From the NCBI RefSeq assembly GCF_009914755.1, contig NC_060939.1: DNA of 64,000 nt, one strand, 5' to 3'. Of this stretch, positions 56,591 to 64,000 are shown piece after piece. The position numbers were made by a program, and so were the translations under genes. Below the pieces are notes generated by a model. The model did not search any database. It had not been told where the DNA came from and saw nothing but the letters and a program-made list of their open reading frames with translations. This DNA is from the human T2T-CHM13v2.0 reference genome, Homo sapiens. The first letter of the stretch is position 1, and every line of letters begins with the position of its first letter.

Positions 56591-57597
56591 AAGGCAACCA
56601 GGAAAAAAAAAAAGACAAATACCCCTGTAGGTATCTTCTTGGTATTTTGGGGAAGCATCATTACAGAAAAAGAAGATGAATTTTTATGTGAGCCAAAGTT
56701 GGAAAATTTTCATGCTAAGGGAAAAACAGAATGTTGCAAAAGTTTCATTTATTTGTAGGTGTTTTGCATCTATGGCAGTTAGTGATATTTTATAGTGAAT
56801 AAAAAGAAAGCAAGTAAAGAGAAAAGACTCCCTTGAGTTTCACCATGCAAATTAGAGAATCTGGAAATAATACTCTTGATCCCTCATTCTTTTTTCTGCC
56901 CTCAATAAGGCTGATTCAGAAAAAGTATTTATAATATCTGTTAGGATTTCCCAAGAATATTTTAAAATTCTACAAGGACTGACAAGAGAACATTTGCTAC
57001 CAATTAGAATGGATTTGAGCATCAAAGAACAGAAAAATTCTTATAATAACCTGATTTCACACTTCCCGTTAAGCATGTTTAGAGTACATTATAGCAAAGC
57101 ATGTTAAAGCAATCTGCCCTCCAAAAAGTGCAACTAAGAGGAGAGCCAATGGAGCAACACTGGAGAACCAGAAATTCAATTCTAGGAGAATGACAGGAGA
57201 TATGTGAGTGGTCAGAGGAATTAGTGAGTACTCAGTGATTTTAGACGCTTTGCCATTGGTGAGGAGCAGGGAAGTTCTTTCTCCTTGTTAAAAAAGAGGA
57301 TCTGGAAGCTATAGAAACACACGGCGATTTCTCATCTTAAGCAGGTATGTAGTCTTCTCTCTTGCTACAATCTTCAGAGTATTATATAAGTATTTTAATT
57401 TATCCATTTGTTAACATTTGGATATATGCATCCATTTCACTGTGTGTGTTTTGACAACATCTAGAAGACAAATAACTTAACAAAATGTGCTTAGATGGGC
57501 CATAAGGAAGAGTGAAAAAGAAGAAAGGGGAAAAGAAGGTAATAACAAGGAGGCAAACAGGGAACCAAAGAGACTATACTATTTTCCTATTTCATGC

Positions 57598-57662
57598 ACA
57601 TGTGGGTGCGTGTGTGGGTGCATGTGTGTGTGCGCGTGTGTGTGTGCATGTGTGTGTGTGGT
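57598..57662 (+). repeat. Compound (GT/GC)n alternating purine-pyrimidine tract
   Basis: Direct reading. Confidence 0.85.
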
Positions 57663-58719
57663 GGGGGGTGGTTTTGCCTAGCAAATTTGCTCCATTTCAA
57701 TAGAAACTTTAAACTTCAAAATTCCTTTTTTTCTTATTGCTAAGTATAAAAGCTAATACTTATTTAAGACCCAGTGCTTTATATTAAGAAAAATATAAAG
57801 GTATACATTTAGATTTGAAATGTAGTCTATGATATCGGAGATATATCATGAAATCAGAAGTAATACTAAAAGCAATAAAAGAAAACAAAGAGAAAAAAGA
57901 GCAAATGGCTTTTACATAGAGGTTAAAAATTTACTGAATTCTCTTGGTTCCCAACTAACACCAAAGACCAAAGTTCACCATTTTGCTTTTTTCTGAGGCT
58001 ACAGAGATAGTGGTCATTGCCAAAGCTAGAAGGCCTGTGGGGAGTCCAGAGGAATTTAAGAGAAATGACTGAGCACTGGAGGTGATGAAGCAGAAGCAGC
58101 ATTTTCCTTGTTCCTCTGACTACCTTTTTTTTCAAGCGTTTTTAACATGGCTCTTGTAGGTCTTCTTTGCAAGCCCTTGCCAGCAAGTGAAAAGCAATCT
58201 AGGAAACCACAAGCTTGGTCTGTAATTGAAACAAACAATTTTAGTTCAAGGCGATAAAAGCAGTAACAACGAAAATGGATTCGAAGTTGGTATACAAAAC
58301 TCCACAATTATGTTTCTTTAAAAGGCTACAGTCAGGAACTACATACAATATATTTTGTATAGGAACTCTGCAACACAAGTGAATATGCTAGGGTTTCTCA
58401 TGAGTCCTGTGACTCTCAGAAACCTTCTGTCTTCCAAAGAGTTCTTTGGATTCTACCATAAAGTATACAGCAGTATATGGAGAGCATTTTTACTGTTTAA
58501 AATCACAAATGCAAATAAGAACATACTGTAAAGGGTTGAGTATCCAGTAGCACACTCTGGATACCCAAAAATGTACAACAGGGAAGAACGGGGACTATTT
58601 TTTCATATAAATTCTTAACAATCTGTAAAAGGAAAAAAATGAAAGCCCACAAATAAGCAGAGTAACTTAGTTATAAAAGTTTAGTCATTTCAAATTCATC
58701 TCAAAACAACAAATATAGT

Positions 58720-58852
58720 ATTTTATTCCCACTAGACTGTAAGTCTCATTTGTACAAGAGCCAAGTTTGTCTTTGTATTATTGTAATCCTAGCACCTAAC
58801 AGGGTACCCAGCAAAGAGAAGATGCTCAGTAAATATTTGTTGATGAAATAAA
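58720..58852 (+). mobile_element. L2 3' end
   Basis: ccactagactgtaagtc...cctagcacctaacagggtacc...gctcagtaaatatttgttgatgaaat. Confidence 0.75.
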
Positions 58853-59394
58853 TAAATACTTAACGTGTAAAACAATAATTAAATGAATACTTGTGTTAAC
58901 CCCATGTATGTACATAACATACACTAAAACACGCTTAGGACCCCAAATAATGTCAATTAACAGGGAGAGGCTGAAAGGTGAGAAAAGAGGAGAGATGAAA
59001 GCATAAAATAGACAGAGAATTGTCACTTAATCTCTGGAAATTCCTGTAAGCAGTTATCCATTGTTCATGACACCTTGAAAATTCTCATCTTTAACCTATT
59101 AGAATTTCTTCAACTGGAATAGCCACAGCAGCCTCCAGAGACATCATTTTCTCTGGGCATAATTAGTGGTCTCCTCCTTGCTCCATTATCCTGATAACAT
59201 TCAATGAGGTCTCATCTGGCTGCATTATGTTTGGGACCTGTGGTAATGTCACAGAATCAGAAAGCCTTACACATGAACCATCTAATTCAACCTCCTTAAT
59301 TCACTGATGAGTAATTTCCCAGAGGTTCTGAGTGCCTTGCCCCGGGTCGCAGCGGAAAGAAAACTTCTTTTGTTCCACAGAGTTCTGGGGTACG

Positions 59395-59836
59395 TGATAA
59401 AAGAAGAACTTCAGCTGAATTAAATTTAAAGGAGTTTGAGCAATGAATAATTCGCGAATTGGGCAGCCCCCAGAATCACAGCAGATTCACAAAGACTCCA
59501 GTGCAACCACGTGGTAGAAGAAGATTTACAGACAAAAAAAAAAAAAAAATGGAAATGACATACAGAAATTGGAAGGAGAGTACAGAACTGCCGGTTGGTT
59601 ACAGGTCAGTGTATATGCCTTATTTGAACATCGTTTGAACATTGAGCAGTGTATGAAAGGTTGAAATCTGGCCTCTGGCCACTGGGATTGGCCAAGACTT
59701 GGCTATTGTTACAGGTGCATACTACTAAATTAGGTTTTCAATCTCATCTGCCTTTAAGCTAGGTTACAGTTCACCACAAGCACTCAAATATAAAAGTACA
59801 GAGTCCTTCTCAGGCCATATTTAGTTTGCTTTAACA
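59395..59836 (-). mobile_element. ERV1-class solo LTR (MER57-like)
   Basis: Minus strand starts TGTTAAAGCAAACTAAATATGGCCTGAGAAGGACTC and ends ...CTTTTATCA; 4-bp TSD TACG/TACT. Confidence 0.8.
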
Positions 59837-62800
59837 TACTGCAAAGAATACTAACTTATACATCCCAAAAGGCTCATGGACAGAAATGATTTGTTACTGA
59901 ATATAAAGATCTATTAGACACCTGGAAATCTTTGGAGACAAAGATGCTTCAAATAGCCATAGAAGGGAATGCATAAGGAAGCTAACACATTACAAATACA
60001 AAATTTTTCTATGCCTAATTCAAACTGAAAAAAAAAATGTTTTTTTAATTCCTGTCATTCTCCAGAGAGAGGAAAGCAAAAATTGTTCTCTACATCTGAG
60101 CTGTGGTGTCAGCATATTACCCACCACTAGAGCACAAAAGCAAAGTTCAGGCCCTCATTTTAGAATCAACATGGGTGGCTGGTGACCGTCAATTTCACCA
60201 ATGGGTAAAAACACACGACTTCCCTGGATGCCTGTCATTTGCCTCTCATCGCATAGTAACCAGCTGTATAAGTAAGCAAAAAAATCCTCGAAACTGTTTA
60301 TTGACTATAATTAACAGGGTTTATGGTATTTGAAAGCAAATAAGCACTATGACAAATATAATAAAATATGATGCATAAAAATGATGTAAAACCGACTTGA
60401 TGTTCTGACTTTCCAGTGAAAGTCGTTTTCCTGGTTTACCTGATGAAATGTTTCAGAGGTTCATTGCATGAACTATGAGTCATAGCTTCAAGTCTCTGGT
60501 TGCCACTTTACCATTTACATGATTTAAGGCCAAAATCTGCTCTCCTTCCTATGTCATAACAAAACCGCGCAAGACTATAACGTAAGCCTCACTACCCATA
60601 TCCTAGAGCTTTGCAGCAACCAGCAAACGTAAAAACGGAAAACACCAGAGCTCTAAACAGATTACCCAGCTGCTGTGTAAATTTACAGCAGTCTATAAGC
60701 CTTCATAATATTAGTAATATTTATAAAATTATTGAGCAGTCCTTGATTATAGTGTATTATAGAAATGCAAATTGCAGTCACAAGAATAGGATGTGGGTTG
60801 GGACTCTTGAAATCAACCTTCATTTTTTGACCTGACATTTGATATTTTGCTATAAAGCCTCCAGTTTGAACGTTCTACTTGTCAAGAGTTAATGAAACTG
60901 AAATGAGTCACAGATACTATCTATGACTCATATTATTATAATATCACAATTATATAATACTGCAAGTATTCATGGTGCAAAAAAGAATGCCATAGGACAA
61001 AAGACCTTCCCTGTAGATCCAGTCATCACAATGAATAAAGCCCTAAGCATGCTTGCTAATTTTAATGGGACCGAAGAGTCTTAACGCAAGTTTCCCCTCT
61101 CCCACCCCTGTTTTTTATTTAATTATTTTTAACCTGCTTCTGGTCCAAGAAACCATTTCCTAGCCTGGAGTGCTAGGCATTTACTAATGGCCTTTCCAGC
61201 AGGGCTGACATACATGAGTGGCTGTCTCCAGCTCACTCACAGACTTGGGGGCGGCTCTTAGCAGCCTGTTTCTACCTGAGGGTCTTTGTATTTAACTGAA
61301 TTCTTTAGTGACAGGGATCTGCAGAATAAAGAATGCTGCATGGGGTAGGAATGCACACACGTGTTTTCAGCTGCTTCATATTCAGGCCTGCTGTGACTCA
61401 GCTTACAAGATCAAAGTTATAAACTCATTTTTCATTTCTTAGGGGAAAATGTCTCAGTAAAAGTACGAAAACCTGAAACCTTTTTTCAAGGAAGATACAA
61501 AACAAACTTTCAAAGTTTTTTTGTTTGTTTTGTTTTGTTTGTCTGTTTTGCTAAGTAGTGGTCAGTATCACAAGATGACATCCATGAAGCTCCACTGGGG
61601 ACTCTAACATTATATATAAGTTGATTCCTATGGCAAAGTGTATAAACTCACTGGTTATTGTCATTGTGTTCATCCACCATCATTGAGCATATCTCTAAAA
61701 CAATGTTGTACTATAATTTTTTCCCAGGAGTTTTAGAGAGAAAATAAAATTCCTCTAATGGAGACAGTTTCTTGACACAATTGTTCAGTCCTCGAAGCAC
61801 TTCATTATTAGGTGGTAGCCATACATTTGAATCAATAAATTCCTATTCAGACTCTGCCTTCAGAGAAAATCCTGTAGCAGTATAATTAATCCTTTGCACC
61901 TGAGGTTAAAAATGTGGCCGAATAATAACATCATTTTTAGGCACTGGCAGAGCAGAATTAAGTTCAATAAAAAGTGGGAAAGATAAAAGGAAAAAAAGGA
62001 AGATCCAACATATGAAGTGGCTGCTATTTTATTTCAACATTGCTTATATGTTTAGGAAAACATTTAAAAGATGAGTAGACAAGAATGAAATGATGTATCA
62101 CAAGAAGTTTGTTTCCTTCTTACGGTTTCAAAACTGAAATTGTTAGAGAAAATGAAAAATGAGTTTTTAAGTGTTGAGAGTAATTCTAGAAAATATTTGT
62201 GCACACAAAGCCTGACTAGACCTATTCCAAATGATGTTCTTATCTGGAGTTTCCCAGCTAGGTTAATGCGGGCATTACCAAATCCTGAGGTACCTAAAAG
62301 GAGTTGTCAGAGAAAAGATAAAACAAAAATAAAAGATGGAGAAACAAATAATATAGAGTGTTTTCTGATCAGAAATAAGCCTGCCAACTACCCATTAGAG
62401 ACTGGTTAATACTTGTGAGTCTCAAATTGCCTGAATTTATTCTGGAGCTTCTAGATATATCTGGGGAAATTGAGACAATGTACTTCTTTCTTTTTGTAAA
62501 AAAACAGTAGGTGTTACCCAAATAAGTGGGAACATCAAGTCTGGTCTTTATTTCTGAGGTTGCCTGCAAGTTGCTACATCCATAACAAAAGTGCCTTTGC
62601 AGTTTACTCTTCAGCATATATTATTTCATAAGCAAGGTACTCAAATTGAATCTCAGCTTCAAAACTTAGTATCAATCACATTTTTCAACCTTCCAGTTTA
62701 GTTTTGGTATGACTGGAAAATTCTGCAATGCTAAGGAAGTGTGCCAACCATAAATTAAAATAACATCTGAATGTACCCTACATAGTTTATAAGCCTACAA

Positions 62801-63784
62801 AGGACCTAACGTCATGAGGTTTATGAGTAACAAACCTTGGTGACAGTAATTTTCCTTAGCTGAAACTCTCTATCACTTAAAATATTCTGTCAGACACCCA
62901 GTTACACTTTGAGATTTCTCATCAGGCTTTTAGTATTTTAAAAACTCAATTTCTGAAATTTCGCCTATAGGCTCGATCCTTCCAAACACACCTCCCTCCT
63001 GAAATTTCATGCTCATCACAGCTGAATGCCTGCGACTGTCCCGAACACTTCCCCTCGCTACAGGAAAATGCATTAACTTCCAGCTGCCCGGCCGAGTGTG
63101 CCATGTCCGTATCAATTAGGCTTGAGCATTTAAAACGGCTGTTCCTGAGGTGATTAATGACTGCAAATGAGAAGACCTTTCGTTTCCCGGGGACAGGTCA
63201 CCCCAGACCCTGTGTTATCGCCACCAGTCAAGGCATCCTGCTGAACCAGGCTGCCATGCATCCCCTTTCCAGCCCATTTATCAGTCAAACCTGCCAGGAT
63301 GATTCTTTTCAGGTGTGCATCTGAGACACGAGGGGAGAGACCTTTGTTTTAATTGCCCATGATTTGCTTTATGGTCTCCAAGAACTCATGAGAACTTCTG
63401 CCAAAGTAGTTTCAAATTCAGAAGCTGGGACAAATGAGCATCTCCACCATGGATGAGGAGCAGTATCTAGATACACAATGTTCAAAAGCACTTTTCAGCA
63501 CTATGATTTACAGGCAAGTACTGAAAAAAAAAAACTTAGCCAAGAGGATTTTTTGAATTTGTAACTAAAGGTAAACCTGTTTTATAGCTGGCATCTCATT
63601 GTTCAGGAAATTCCAAGGCCGGCTGCCATCAAAGGTTGAGAAAATAAAATGATTTAATTCAAGTTTTCAAATTGCTGATGTAAAATGGTATCATTCCATT
63701 TCTCATCCACATATAAGTGAGCTGAACAATCATCAGGCAGTTATAGTCAAAAGAAACTTTTCAGAACAAAGCTGTCATTAAGAG

Positions 63785-64000
63785 ATATAAAAACATTTAT
63801 CCAAAGAAGACATAACAATGGCCAACAGCTATGTGAAAAAGTGCTCAAAATCACTAATTATTAGAGAAATGCAAATCAAAACCACAATGAGATATCACCT
63901 CATGCCTGTTAGTATAACTGTTATCAAAAAGACGAGATAACAAGTATTGATGAGGGCATGGAGAAAAGAGAAACTTTCTACATTCTTAGTGGAAATGTAG
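63785..64000 (+). mobile_element. L1 ORF2 3' fragment running off the window
   Basis: acatttatccaaagaagacata..atggccaacag..gagaaatgcaaatcaaaaccacaatgagatatcacctc. Confidence 0.88.

Overview
Human genomic DNA, recognisable as the THBS1/FSIP1 locus (15q14 from prior knowledge). The + strand (1 to ~16.3-18 kb) carries thrombospondin-1: the end of non-coding exon 1, then 21 coding exons. I spliced these by hand at GT-AG sites into an intact 3513-nt ORF (1170 aa + TAA), followed by a long AU-rich 3'UTR with several poly(A) signals. The - strand carries the last two coding exons of FSIP1 (37051-36541 and 19733-19687), converging tail-to-tail on THBS1. Everything from 19.7 to 64 kb is otherwise FSIP1 intron, filled with Alu, L1, L2, MIR, hAT MITEs and ERVL/MaLR/ERV1 LTRs. 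I found no evidence of an undescribed multi-gene system, and almost all other short ORFs are shadows of exons or repeats. The best leads are regulatory or structural: an AP-1 palindrome cluster, a G4/MAZ-like tract between the convergent 3' ends, a TSD-bounded old L1 with an unexplained internal patch, circRNA and dsRNA geometry from inverted Alus, and an E-box minisatellite. Repeat subfamily names are recalled from consensus sequences and need RepeatMasker/Dfam confirmation.
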